DNA of 64,000 nt from Minisyncoccota bacterium (GTDB lineage Bacteria > Patescibacteriota > Minisyncoccia > Phycocordibacterales > UBA9973). A program made the position numbers and the translations under genes. The stretch is from assembly GCA_028718635.1 (NCBI GenBank), contig JAQULK010000001.1:607834-671833 (forward strand), written 5' to 3'. Positions 8,645 through 17,872 of the stretch are shown here, one piece after another (position 1 is the first letter of the stretch; each line of letters starts with the position of its first letter). A model generated the notes under the pieces. That model saw nothing but the letters and a program-made list of their open reading frames with translations. It was not told where the DNA came from and did not search any database.

Positions 8645-10462
8645 TTAAAATAAAGTGGCTTTGATACGTCTAACACCTTGCGCAACTGCTTCTTCTTTTT
8701 GAATTTTAAATTTGCCCAATTCACCCGTATTGGAAACGTGCGGACCTCCACAGAATTCTCTGCTGAAATATCCTGTTTTTTCGTCTCCGATGGAGTAAAC
8801 TTTTACCATTTCTCCATATTTTTCATTAAAAGAATGTGTAGCGATTTTTTCTGCATCTGCTTTAGGCATTTCCACAAAACCAACCGGCAACTTTTCCGCA
8901 ATTTTATCATTTACAATTTCTTCCACTTTCTTCTTTTCTTCTTCGGTCATTTTTTGCGAATGAGTAAAATCAAAACGCAATCGCTCGCCGGTAATATTGC
9001 TTCCTTTTTGCATTACATGATTGCCGAGTACTTGCTTCAAAGCAGCATTCAGTAAATGTGTAGCAGTATGCAATTTTTTAGCTTCTTCCCCGCCGTCTGC
9101 CAGCCCGCCTTTAAACATCCCAGCAGAAGCAGAACGGGATTTTTCCTGATGATCCTTCAAGGCTTTATTTATTTCATCTTCGTCTACTTTGAATCCTAAG
9201 TCTTTGGCGGTGTTGACCAACAGCTCGATGGGATTTCCGTGTCTTTCAAAAAGAGTAAAGATAAATAATCCGGAAGCCGTATTTTTGTCTTTTAATATCG
9301 GAATATCTCCTGCTTTTTTTATGTTGCCTAATTTTGCAGCTTCCAGGTCAATACGGTATCTTTCAATTCCGTCAAAAGGCTTTTTAAATAATTTTTCTTC
9401 CTCCCTGATAACTGAAATAATATGATCAAATTTATTTTTTATTTCAGGATAAACTTTGTCATAAATTTCAGATATTAGAGAATTAAGTTCAATCCAGAAA
9501 TTATCTGAAAGTTTGATAATTGAGGCTTTAGAAAAAACTCTCCGAAGAAGACGGCGCAAAATATACCCGCGGCCAGTGTTAAAAGGCGTGACCTCGTCTA
9601 TGATCATAAATACTGCTGTACGAAAATGATCAGCAATAATTCGAGCAGAACGCAAATCATAATTTGCGCTTTTTTCTTTTATTAAATCCATCAACGGCTT
9701 GAACAAATCCGTCTCAAAAATATCATCTTTCCCTTGCACTGCCATTACTACTCGCTCGAGGCCCGCTCCGGTATCTACATTGCTTTGTTTGAGTTTCCCA
9801 ATTACTTTCCCATCAAACTTTTCGTATTCCATGAAAACATCGTTCCAGATTTCAATAACTTTCTGCTCCCCGTCAGCTTTCATGTATTCTTCTTTACTTA
9901 AATCTCCCAATCCTTCTTGCGTGATATCATAAAACATTTCAGTGTCAGGTCCACAGGGGCCATTGTCCCCCACGCTCCACCAATTCGATTTTGCGCTCAT
10001 ATAATAAATGCGATTTTCAGGGATATATTTTTTCCAAATATTAAAAGCTTCCGTGTCTTTGGGTGCGTTTTCATCACCTTCAAATACAGTTACATAAAGA
10101 CGTTTTGGGTCCAACCCTAAACCTTCCTCTTTGGAAGTTAAAAATTCATAGCTCCATTTTATAGCTTCTTCTTTAAAATAATCTCCAAGAGACCAATTGC
10201 CCATCATTTCAAAAAAAGTGTCATGAGTTTTATCCCCCACTTCGTCTATGTCTTGAGTGCGCACACACTTCTGAATGTTTACTAATCTGCTACCCATCGG
10301 ATGCTCCTCTCCTAGAAGATATGGCACAAGAGGTTGCATACCTGCAGTATTAAATAAAACAGAAGGATCATTTTCGGGTACTAGAGAAGCAGAAGGAATT
10401 ATTTTATGTCCTCGACTTTCAAAAAATTTTAGAAACCTTAATCTAATTTCGTCTGATTGCAT
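8645..10462 (-). CDS. alaS: Alanyl-tRNA synthetase, short form (catalytic plus editing domains; no C-Ala domain)
   Basis: N-terminus FESRGH..IPSASLVP.NDPSVLFNTAGMQP ... QKCVRTQDIDEVGDKTHDTFFEMMGNWSLGDYFK. C-terminus HTATHLLNAAL...CGGPHV editing-site motifs. Confidence 0.8.
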   Translation of the reverse strand: MQSDEIRLRFLKFFESRGHKIIPSASLVPENDPSVLFNTAGMQPLVPYLLGEEHPMGSRLVNIQKCVRTQDIDEVGDKTHDTFFEMMGNWSLGDYFKEEAIKWSYEFLTSKEEGLGLDPKRLYVTVFEGDENAPKDTEAFNIWKKYIPENRIYYMSAKSNWWSVGDNGPCGPDTEMFYDITQEGLGDLSKEEYMKADGEQKVIEIWNDVFMEYEKFDGKVIGKLKQSNVDTGAGLERVVMAVQGKDDIFETDLFKPLMDLIKEKSANYDLRSARIIADHFRTAVFMIIDEVTPFNTGRGYILRRLLRRVFSKASIIKLSDNFWIELNSLISEIYDKVYPEIKNKFDHIISVIREEEKLFKKPFDGIERYRIDLEAAKLGNIKKAGDIPILKDKNTASGLFIFTLFERHGNPIELLVNTAKDLGFKVDEDEINKALKDHQEKSRSASAGMFKGGLADGGEEAKKLHTATHLLNAALKQVLGNHVMQKGSNITGERLRFDFTHSQKMTEEEKKKVEEIVNDKIAEKLPVGFVEMPKADAEKIATHSFNEKYGEMVKVYSIGDEKTGYFSREFCGGPHVSNTGELGKFKIQKEEAVAQGVRRIKATLF

Positions 10463-10577
10463 CCCGTTAGAAGCAGGTTGCGGTCACCATACCGCAATTA
10501 TACTTAATTATGCTATTAAATTTTGTATTTCTTTTAAACATTAAATATATTTAACTGCGACCGCGGCTTCTAACGGG
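10463..10577. mobile_element. Start-codon-associated palindromic MITE-like element, copy 1, abutting the alaS ATG
   Basis: Terminal inverted repeats CCCGTTAGAAGCAGGTTGCGGTCA / TGCGACCGCGGCTTCTAACGGG. They are flanked by direct repeats ATGCAAT (10456-10462 and 10578-10584, minus sense). Confidence 0.6.
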
Positions 10578-10590
10578 ATTGCATACAACT

Positions 10591-11076
10591 TTATTTCACC
10601 GGTTGATCTATTTCTTCAACAATTTTTCTAATAGGTTTTTCAAGAATATTTATTAAAACTAGTATTAAAAGTACTAAGACAGTAACAAGTATGGCTAGAC
10701 TATAAAGTCCGAAACCAGCCGCCATACCGATACCTGCAGTAACCCAAAGCCCACCAGCGGTAGTAAGGCCTCTAAGCTGTGAACCATAAAGCATTATAGA
10801 ACCAGCACCCAAAAAACCGATACCAACGACAATTTGTGATGGAATCATTACTGGGTTCAAGCCTGGAAGGTTTATATATTTTTGCACCAACGCTTCTGAA
10901 ACCAATACAAAAACCGCTGAACCCAAAGAGACAAGAGCATGTGTTTTCATGCCAGCATCCTTGTGAACAAAGAATCTTTCTGCACCCACTAAAAGCCCTA
11001 AACCTACCGCTACTACTAATTTCAAAATAACATCTCCGTTTTGTATAAAAAATTGTTCCATCGGATAATTATACAA
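10591..11076 (-). CDS. MgtC/SapB family membrane protein
   Basis: LKLVVAVGLGLLVGAERFFVHKDAGMKTHALVSLGSAVFVLVSE is the MgtC signature. Confidence 0.7.
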   Translation of the reverse strand: MYNYPMEQFFIQNGDVILKLVVAVGLGLLVGAERFFVHKDAGMKTHALVSLGSAVFVLVSEALVQKYINLPGLNPVMIPSQIVVGIGFLGAGSIMLYGSQLRGLTTAGGLWVTAGIGMAAGFGLYSLAILVTVLVLLILVLINILEKPIRKIVEEIDQPVK

Positions 11077-12292
11077 CTACTCCACCACCCAAGCAAACAT
11101 TACCATCATAAATGACACAAGATTGACCAGACGCAACTAAAACAGGCTTCTCAAAAATCACTTGTGCAGAAGCCTTACTTCCGCAAATTATTTTGCAAGA
11201 TAAAAATTCCCCATGATAACGAATTTGCGCAGTATAGGTTTTATTTTGTTCTGGAATCTTAGAAATCCAATTGATACTACTCAAAACAAGAGAAAAACTA
11301 TTTGAAAAAGAGGCTACGGAGCGCGACGGCGCGAGTCTTGAGGAATTTTTCAGCAGAAAAATATCCGGACTCTTTTTTAGATAGTTTTTGTCTTGTGATA
11401 CATATAAAATATTTTTCTTTATATCTTTGTCCACCACATAATAGGCTCCATCTGTCGGTGTCTTTTTTGTGATAGTAAAACCATGCCTCTCTCCTAAGGT
11501 ATAAAAAACTTCACCGTCGTGAAAGCCGATCTCTTTTCCATTTTCATTCCCCGCTTCCTGCGGGGCAAGCAACACTTTCCCCTTTTTTTCTTTTATATAA
11601 TGTTTTAAGAATTCTTTTAAATCCACTGCTCCCAGAAAACAAATGCCTTGACTATCTTTTTTTTCTGCAATAGAAAGCTTGAATTTTTTAGCAAGTTTTC
11701 TAACTTCAGTTTTTTTGAGATCTCCAATGGGAAATAAAATCTTCTTTAACTGCTCTTGCCTGAGTGTCCACAAAAAATAACTTTGATCTTTTGCAGGATC
11801 ATTACCTTTCGCAAGCTGAAAAGATGTTCTTTCTTCGGCATTCGCAACCAAAGCTCGGTCAGCCATGTTCAAGATAGAGTGCGAGCCGTGAGAAAGAAGC
11901 ATCTTTTCAGCTTTTGCGTAATGACCAGTAGCCACAAAATCTGCCCCCATTGAAAGAGCCTTTTTAAGGAAAGCTCCAAATTTTACTTCTTTATTACACA
12001 TCACATCCGGATTCGGTGTCCGTCCGAGCTTATATTCTCGAATCATATAATCAGCCACTTCTTTTTTATAAACATCTTCAAAATCAAAAGTAAGAAAAGG
12101 AATATCCAAAGCTGCTGCCACACGCATTGCATCCATACGTTCTTGCTCTTCATTGCAAGCCAAAAAATCCGGATGCCATGTTTTAATAAATACTCCCACA
12201 ACTTCAAAGCCTTGCTTTTTTAGCAAAGCTGCCGAAACAGCGCTATCTACGCCACCCGAAAGTCCCACAAAAACTATTTTTTTCTTTTTCAT
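11069..12292 (-). CDS. mnmA: tRNA 2-thiouridine synthase MnmA, with a repeat-derived in-frame insertion in its C-terminal domain
   Basis: SGGVDSAVSAALL PP-loop motif with the MnmA layout. The segment SSRLAPSRSVAS is encoded by a copy of the 75-bp repeat core at 11300-11350. Confidence 0.8.
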   Translation of the reverse strand: MKKKKIVFVGLSGGVDSAVSAALLKKQGFEVVGVFIKTWHPDFLACNEEQERMDAMRVAAALDIPFLTFDFEDVYKKEVADYMIREYKLGRTPNPDVMCNKEVKFGAFLKKALSMGADFVATGHYAKAEKMLLSHGSHSILNMADRALVANAEERTSFQLAKGNDPAKDQSYFLWTLRQEQLKKILFPIGDLKKTEVRKLAKKFKLSIAEKKDSQGICFLGAVDLKEFLKHYIKEKKGKVLLAPQEAGNENGKEIGFHDGEVFYTLGERHGFTITKKTPTDGAYYVVDKDIKKNILYVSQDKNYLKKSPDIFLLKNSSRLAPSRSVASFSNSFSLVLSSINWISKIPEQNKTYTAQIRYHGEFLSCKIICGSKASAQVIFEKPVLVASGQSCVIYDGNVCLGGGVVV

Positions 12293-12410
12293 GTTTTATT
12301 CGTAAACTCAAATATAATATTTTTGCCGGTACGGATTTTTTGAAGCTTAAAAAATCCTGAAATTCTCGCGCCGTCGCGCTCGAAACCCCTTAAAAACATT
12401 ATATTTGAGT

Positions 12411-12938
12411 TTACGATTCCATCAGCTTTTTGTAAAGCTCAAAGGTCGCACGGGCATCAGAGAGAGCAGAGTGTGGACGCTCGTTTTTAATACCAAAATG
12501 CAAGCACAATTCACGCAAAGAAAAATGCTCAAAATTTTTATTATTATGCAACTTCGCCCAAGCGATAGAGATCGTATCTAATTTATGATAATGCATGGTA
12601 TTTATGGTCTCGATTTTATTAAAGACATATTCTAAAAATCCTGCATCAAAGGCAACATTGTGTCCAACCATAATGCAGTCTTTAACTTTTTTAGAAAAAA
12701 TTTTTATCGCTTCTTTTAGATCAAGCGCATCCTTCCAATCCTCTTGATTAAAATGATTCACTTTAATAGCAGCTGGGTCAGCGTTTTTAATGTATTCCGG
12801 TTTAATTTTTAATTCAAATTCCTCAATCACATCAAGAGTTGATGACGTAAACACACAACCAATCTCAATAATCTCATGCTTCAGTAAACTTAAGCCAGTG
12901 GTTTCTATATCAATAAAAGCAAAATTGTGTTTTCTCAT
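12411..12938 (-). CDS. DnaQ-like 3'-5' exonuclease (DEDDh; epsilon-like)
   Basis: Exo I motif FIDIETTGL, Exo II motif GHNVAFD, Exo III motif HSALSDA. Confidence 0.7.
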   Translation of the reverse strand: MRKHNFAFIDIETTGLSLLKHEIIEIGCVFTSSTLDVIEEFELKIKPEYIKNADPAAIKVNHFNQEDWKDALDLKEAIKIFSKKVKDCIMVGHNVAFDAGFLEYVFNKIETINTMHYHKLDTISIAWAKLHNNKNFEHFSLRELCLHFGIKNERPHSALSDARATFELYKKLMES

Positions 12939-12945
12939 GATTTTT

Positions 12946-13653
12946 TTATTTCAAGTATTTTTTTATATTTTGATTATGTTCTGTAAAAGTCTTTGCATAA
13001 TGTATATTACCATCTTTATCATGAAGATAATAAAGATATTGTGAATTTTGCGGATGGATAGAGGCAATTATGGCCGCGAGCCCTGGATTGCTGATCGGAT
13101 TCTCCGGCAATCCCTTTGTTTTATAAGTCTCTGGCGCGGAATCTACTTGAAGCGGCATGCCGATTTTGATTCTTTTCCATAAAATTCCAGAAATTACTCC
13201 CCTGTCTACGTCTCCTTTTGACTCCCCCTCAATGATTGAAGCCATTGTGATGATATCTTTTTCAGACTTTCCTGTTGAAGAAATTTCAGGCAAAAGAGAA
13301 GTGATTTTTTTATTGAAATTTTCACTCATGGATTTTATCACATCCGCCTCATTTGCATTATTAAGAAAGAAATAAGTATCCGGAAAAAGATACCCCTCTT
13401 GATCCCTTGCTTCTAGAAAAAATTTATCTTTATTGAAATTTTTTAATTTTAAAGCAGATACATTCGCTATTTGATTCAAGTTGAAACCTTCCGGAATAGT
13501 AATTGAAATCGGCACAATATTTCCATAATGCTGATTTCTTTCAATTCGCAAAATTTCCCTTCGACCAAGAACCAAAAAAGCAATAAGGCAAAGTAAGCCT
13601 AAAACTATTTTCCCGACACGTACGAGTTCTTTCAGTAAAAAAGAATTTTCCAT
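12946..13653 (-). CDS. mltG: Endolytic murein transglycosylase MltG/YceG-like
   Basis: N-terminal transmembrane helix; YLFPDTYFF, ASIIEGES and LQVDS..ETY..GLPENPISNPG motifs. Confidence 0.65.
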   Translation of the reverse strand: MENSFLLKELVRVGKIVLGLLCLIAFLVLGRREILRIERNQHYGNIVPISITIPEGFNLNQIANVSALKLKNFNKDKFFLEARDQEGYLFPDTYFFLNNANEADVIKSMSENFNKKITSLLPEISSTGKSEKDIITMASIIEGESKGDVDRGVISGILWKRIKIGMPLQVDSAPETYKTKGLPENPISNPGLAAIIASIHPQNSQYLYYLHDKDGNIHYAKTFTEHNQNIKKYLK

Positions 13654-13656
13654 AAT

Positions 13657-15015
13657 TTATATTGGCAAATTCGTAGGCGGAGAAGCTTCTTTGGATTCGA
13701 TACGTTCAAGTGTAGGAACTTTCAAGATCTGACCTGGGAAGTGCCAGATTGTCGCAAGCTCTTCAACATTCAAAACATAAGTTTCGTGATGAGCATAGGC
13801 ATTTATTACAGAATCAAAAGGCCATTTCCAATGATGCTTTGAGAAAAGATGATGCCGAAGCGGAAGATGAAAAAAGGCACGCTCGCGATATTCATGAAGC
13901 ATTCTATTTGCCAGCATCATCACCGTTTCATTAGAGGCAAGAAAAGTACCGCTATAAAAATCCGCCTGAGCTGAATTTATACGATAAAATTCATTACAAT
14001 CAGGTCTGGCATATTGACGAAAGAGGAGACGCATGTTTCTTCTATTGCTCAAATTAAATACTTCTTTTTTTCCTATATACATTATGCGAACACCAGTTTC
14101 AAAACCTATCTTGGAAGTTTTGGCAGACATTGCCGCTACGGCATTTTTCAAAAAATCAGCAACACGAACCTCTATTCTTTTTGGTCCCTCACCCTTAAAA
14201 TCATCTTTAACAGCAGTATATGGTTTCAAAAATCTGAGCATTTCTTTTTTTGCCTCTTCTACCCAGCTATGTGGAACGTTATCAGAACCTGGTTTTGGTG
14301 TAATGACGATCTGGATCCATCCTTGCTCCCCTTTCTTGAGCGAACCGAAAAATTCTATCACTGGAGAAATAGGGTCAACTTTAAATTCTTCTTTTGGGTC
14401 TTTGTCTAATCCGAAATCAACATATGTTTTAATAGGATAAGCAAAATGTTTTGTCAATTTAAACTCGCATCCCCAGCCATTCCAAGCGCTCTCGGGACTA
14501 ATCTCATCCACAGCCAAAGTGTAATCCTCAACTACTTTTACCTGCGCTTGCGGATATTGCGCATACATCTGAGTCTCGATAAGATCTTTGATGCGTGAAG
14601 GCGTTCGTATATAAAAATGTACTTGTCCGTCGATAGACGCTATCTCCAATGAAAACCAAAACCAGACAGCGCCTTGCCAAAATTCTTCCTTGCCTCCTTT
14701 TATACTCCAATGATAAAGGGCATTAGTAAAAAAAAGTTCCATTGCTTTCGGGCTTCGCAATACCTCGCGCGGTGGGACTATTTCAAGCAACACAAACTCT
14801 ATGCCAGAAATAAAATCCTGCTGAACATAATGTACCCAAAGCTTCCAAGCGAGCCAGCCTAAAAATATCGTTCCGGCCAAGGCCAAAACCCCTATTTCGA
14901 GGTTGTATCTCCAAATCAAAAAACCCAGGATCACAACCACAATCCCAATCCAATAATTTTTTATAAAATCAAAAATCTTTTGCTCAATAGTTGGCCCCGT
15001 TTTTGCTTCCGCCAT
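13657..15015 (-). CDS. Hypothetical membrane protein (two N-terminal transmembrane helices)
   Basis: ORF only; no family recognised. It contains a half-copy of the REP hairpin at 14659-14672. Confidence 0.3.
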   Translation of the reverse strand: MAEAKTGPTIEQKIFDFIKNYWIGIVVVILGFLIWRYNLEIGVLALAGTIFLGWLAWKLWVHYVQQDFISGIEFVLLEIVPPREVLRSPKAMELFFTNALYHWSIKGGKEEFWQGAVWFWFSLEIASIDGQVHFYIRTPSRIKDLIETQMYAQYPQAQVKVVEDYTLAVDEISPESAWNGWGCEFKLTKHFAYPIKTYVDFGLDKDPKEEFKVDPISPVIEFFGSLKKGEQGWIQIVITPKPGSDNVPHSWVEEAKKEMLRFLKPYTAVKDDFKGEGPKRIEVRVADFLKNAVAAMSAKTSKIGFETGVRIMYIGKKEVFNLSNRRNMRLLFRQYARPDCNEFYRINSAQADFYSGTFLASNETVMMLANRMLHEYRERAFFHLPLRHHLFSKHHWKWPFDSVINAYAHHETYVLNVEELATIWHFPGQILKVPTLERIESKEASPPTNLPI

Positions 15016-15051
15016 TCATCTATTTTAATGTATGTACCCAAAAATAACAAA

Positions 15052-15079
15052 CCCAGACAGCGCCTTAGGCGCTGTCTGG
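15052..15079. repeat. REP-like palindromic hairpin, copy 1
   Basis: CCCAGACAGCGCC TTAG GCGCTGTCTGG. The stop codon of the Y1 transposase gene lies in the loop. Confidence 0.6.
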
Positions 15080-15745
15080 TAAATCTTCTTCTTCAAGTAG
15101 AGAAGTTTTTCCTCTCTCCTTTCTAACTATTGAAACAATTTCGTCACAATGTTTTTTAAAATTTCTACTCCCATTAAAAATTTCTAATATCCTTTTTCCT
15201 TCCTCTTTTGAAACAATTTTAAAATTATTATTCTCGTATTCGTAATCACTAGCAATCGAAAGAGTTACTTTATTTTTTGGAATATTGTGAATTTGATAAT
15301 TTTTATTTACATAGCCAATGATTTTGTTAAAATAATTTTCATTACTAATGATTTGCGATTTAAAGGTTCCTTGAAAAAGTGACCCTGTGCGAGAATTTTT
15401 AATATTAAAGTAGGAAGTATATCCCGCTTGCAATTTTTGCATAAATTTAGCTATACCTCCATCCACTAACTGTTTTAAAACAAAATGAAAATGATTCGGA
15501 TTTAAACAATAAGTAGCAAAAGAAACCAATGGCTCTTTGGATACCTTAGACAACGCCTTAGGCACGGTCTTATCTTCATTTTTTCTTGCATTTCTTATGC
15601 TACCGATAATTTCTGTTTGATTAAATTCAGAAATACTTTCAATAAAGCGATCTAAGTCTTTCCTATTAAGAAAAATATCCCTTTTATCTACTCCACGATT
15701 GTAAATATGGTGGTACTCGCCCGTAACGATTGGTTGTTTTCTCAT
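15065..15745 (-). CDS. Y1 HUH transposase-like protein (IS200/RAYT-like TnpA homolog)
   Basis: YHHIYNRGVDKRDIF aligns to the IS200 TnpA start. NPNHFHFVL is the HxH motif. A C-terminal Y-containing helix is present. REP-like hairpins lie at both ends. Confidence 0.55.
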   Translation of the reverse strand: MRKQPIVTGEYHHIYNRGVDKRDIFLNRKDLDRFIESISEFNQTEIIGSIRNARKNEDKTVPKALSKVSKEPLVSFATYCLNPNHFHFVLKQLVDGGIAKFMQKLQAGYTSYFNIKNSRTGSLFQGTFKSQIISNENYFNKIIGYVNKNYQIHNIPKNKVTLSIASDYEYENNNFKIVSKEEGKRILEIFNGSRNFKKHCDEIVSIVRKERGKTSLLEEEDLPDSA

Positions 15746-15760
15746 TCTGTAAGTATAACA

Positions 15761-15785
15761 CAGACAGCGCCTAAGGCGCTGTCTG
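15761..15785. repeat. REP-like palindromic hairpin, copy 2
   Basis: CAGACAGCGCC TAAG GCGCTGTCTG. Confidence 0.6.
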
Positions 15786-15786
15786 A

Positions 15787-16641
15787 TTAACTCATTATTT
15801 TTATTGTTTTAAAGTTTTTAGAATCTAAACCTTTTATTGATATGTTTTCTTTTGTTATTTTACTAGATGCAATTTGAGAAGGAGAAAGCACGTATTCTTG
15901 GTAGCTATCCCCTATCTTTTTTAAAACTCCAATCCCTGGCCAAAATTTAGCCACGGAGGTTTTTGTTGTTCCGACTGGTATACAATTTGCCATTTTCATA
16001 CAAAAAACTATTATTTTTTCTTTTGCGCGATTGTACGCACGTCTTTTAGGGACTGTATAATACGACTGATGTAATAATTCTATTTTTTCTCTCCATAGAG
16101 GATCTTTGTCTTGACCTGGCTTTAAACGTACATTCAACTCAACCATATGTTTATGACGATCATCTAATTTAGGAAGTCCGCCCAATTCTTTTTCCATTAA
16201 TATGATTTTCTCTTTTAAGTCTTTTTCAAATTCTTCAGGTTGATAATATGACCTTACTGGTGTAAGAGTAAATTTTATATTTACTGGCAGATAGTCCTTA
16301 AGAAAATCAACAATTGCAATAAAACTCTTGGCGTAACTATCCGTATAAGCTTTTGGAATATTATTCATTCGTTCCACAATAATTTCATCCGAACTGAAAT
16401 CAAATTCTACCCCAGGTTTATATACTTCTGCTATTGGCTTTAGCCAATTCGTATAATACATCAAGGTAAATAATTCCGACCAATCCGCCTCCGGAGTTTC
16501 TTCCAGACGCCAAAGTTTATAACCACCAAATGGAAAAATTAATTTTATCGGTAAATTATTTTTTATGCTATTTGCTATAGCTTCGTAAATTTTAGGAATA
16601 TATTCAGGAGTTACGGCAAATTTCCTGAATTTTTTAGACAT
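15787..16641 (-). CDS. Hypothetical protein
   Basis: ORF between REP copies 2 and 3; no recognisable motifs. Confidence 0.3.
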   Translation of the reverse strand: MSKKFRKFAVTPEYIPKIYEAIANSIKNNLPIKLIFPFGGYKLWRLEETPEADWSELFTLMYYTNWLKPIAEVYKPGVEFDFSSDEIIVERMNNIPKAYTDSYAKSFIAIVDFLKDYLPVNIKFTLTPVRSYYQPEEFEKDLKEKIILMEKELGGLPKLDDRHKHMVELNVRLKPGQDKDPLWREKIELLHQSYYTVPKRRAYNRAKEKIIVFCMKMANCIPVGTTKTSVAKFWPGIGVLKKIGDSYQEYVLSPSQIASSKITKENISIKGLDSKNFKTIKIMS

Positions 16642-16716
16642 CAGGGTTTTGAATATAAAATCAGCTGATTCCTTATCGGATGAATTTTAACATAATAAAA
16701 TTTTTATACAAAAAAA

Positions 16717-16743
16717 CCAAACAGCGTCTTAGGCGCTGTCTGG
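16717..16743. repeat. REP-like palindromic hairpin, copy 3 (two mismatches)
   Basis: CCAAACAGCGTC TTAG GCGCTGTCTGG. Confidence 0.5.
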
Positions 16744-16762
16744 GAATAAAAAAAAGAAATTT

Positions 16763-17794
16763 TTACGCTACAGTGTAAAGTCCGTTTTTGTTTTTCTTGA
16801 AATATTTTGAATTGGCAAGATTCACTAAAATAGTATTTTTTTTGAAATATCTTTCTTTCATCACTCTTTTGACCACTTCGTCCTTTGATAATGGCTCTCC
16901 TGATTTTTTCAGAATATCTTGAATGACTTCCCGGGCAATACCTGCCTTATAGCCCCATTCAGAAAGAGCATATATTCCCCTGCCAACCAAAATAAAGCGA
17001 GAGTCTTTAATAAGCTCATTGTGACAGGTTGCGTAATGTATTTTTTTGCCGAAAGTTTTAGAAATAGAATCCGCCACCTCCTTGAAGTGCATAGGCGAAC
17101 CATGGCGTCTCATCACCAGAAAAGCATAATCTTTCACTCCACGGGTGCGGATATTGGGCGAAGAAGCCTTGCCCCATTCCCCCAATTTATTTTTCGCAAT
17201 AGTTTTAGAAATAGAAAGCCATCTTTTTGCCATCTCTTCATCTCTACATTCTACAGAACAATCTTTCATTTGATCAAAAAACCTCTTTATCATTTCTGTT
17301 TCTGGAATAAGATCTTCATCATTCAAACTGGCGTAAAGTTTTCGAAGAGCTTCATGCACTTTGTCAGCCATGGCATCATCTATGCTATAACGGGTGTGAA
17401 AATGTTCATCTTCACGATGTTTTTTAAAAACATCAGCTAGCGCTAGGAAAAAGTTTATATGATTTTGAGTATTCTTATCTTTAGATATATAAGGCAAGAA
17501 TTCATGTTCCGCAACGATTGACCCCAGGTTATGAACTATTTGTTTTAACTCGTCAAAAATAGCTTGCTCGTTTTTATAAGCATCGGATTTTTTGATAAGA
17601 TTTATAGCCGCCTCTTCAACCTGGCGAACGCGCTCCCTTGTAATTTTATATTTTTTTCCAATCTCTTCGAGAGTTTTTTTCTTGCCATCAGCGGTCAAAC
17701 CAAAACGGTTCAATATCACATCCAAAGTGCGATCATTAAGGTGTGCAGTTATTTTTTTGGTTATTTTTTGAGGTTTAAAAGTTATTGTTGCCAT
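16763..17794 (-). CDS. DNA-binding protein with a sigma-70 region-4 HTH (N-terminal) and a HARE-HTH-like domain (C-terminal); it has no sigma region 2
   Basis: LTADGKKKTLEEIGKKYKITRERVRQVEEAAINLIKK is a sigma region-4 HTH. The C-terminal MHFKEVADSISKTFG...RFILVGRGIYALSEWGY resembles a HARE-HTH. Confidence 0.45.
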   Translation of the reverse strand: MATITFKPQKITKKITAHLNDRTLDVILNRFGLTADGKKKTLEEIGKKYKITRERVRQVEEAAINLIKKSDAYKNEQAIFDELKQIVHNLGSIVAEHEFLPYISKDKNTQNHINFFLALADVFKKHREDEHFHTRYSIDDAMADKVHEALRKLYASLNDEDLIPETEMIKRFFDQMKDCSVECRDEEMAKRWLSISKTIAKNKLGEWGKASSPNIRTRGVKDYAFLVMRRHGSPMHFKEVADSISKTFGKKIHYATCHNELIKDSRFILVGRGIYALSEWGYKAGIAREVIQDILKKSGEPLSKDEVVKRVMKERYFKKNTILVNLANSKYFKKNKNGLYTVA

Positions 17795-17872
17795 CCCGGT
17801 ACTAAAATTTTAATTAATAAACTTTATCTTATTATCCCGTAATCAAAAATTTAGTACGGGACAAGTATTTTT

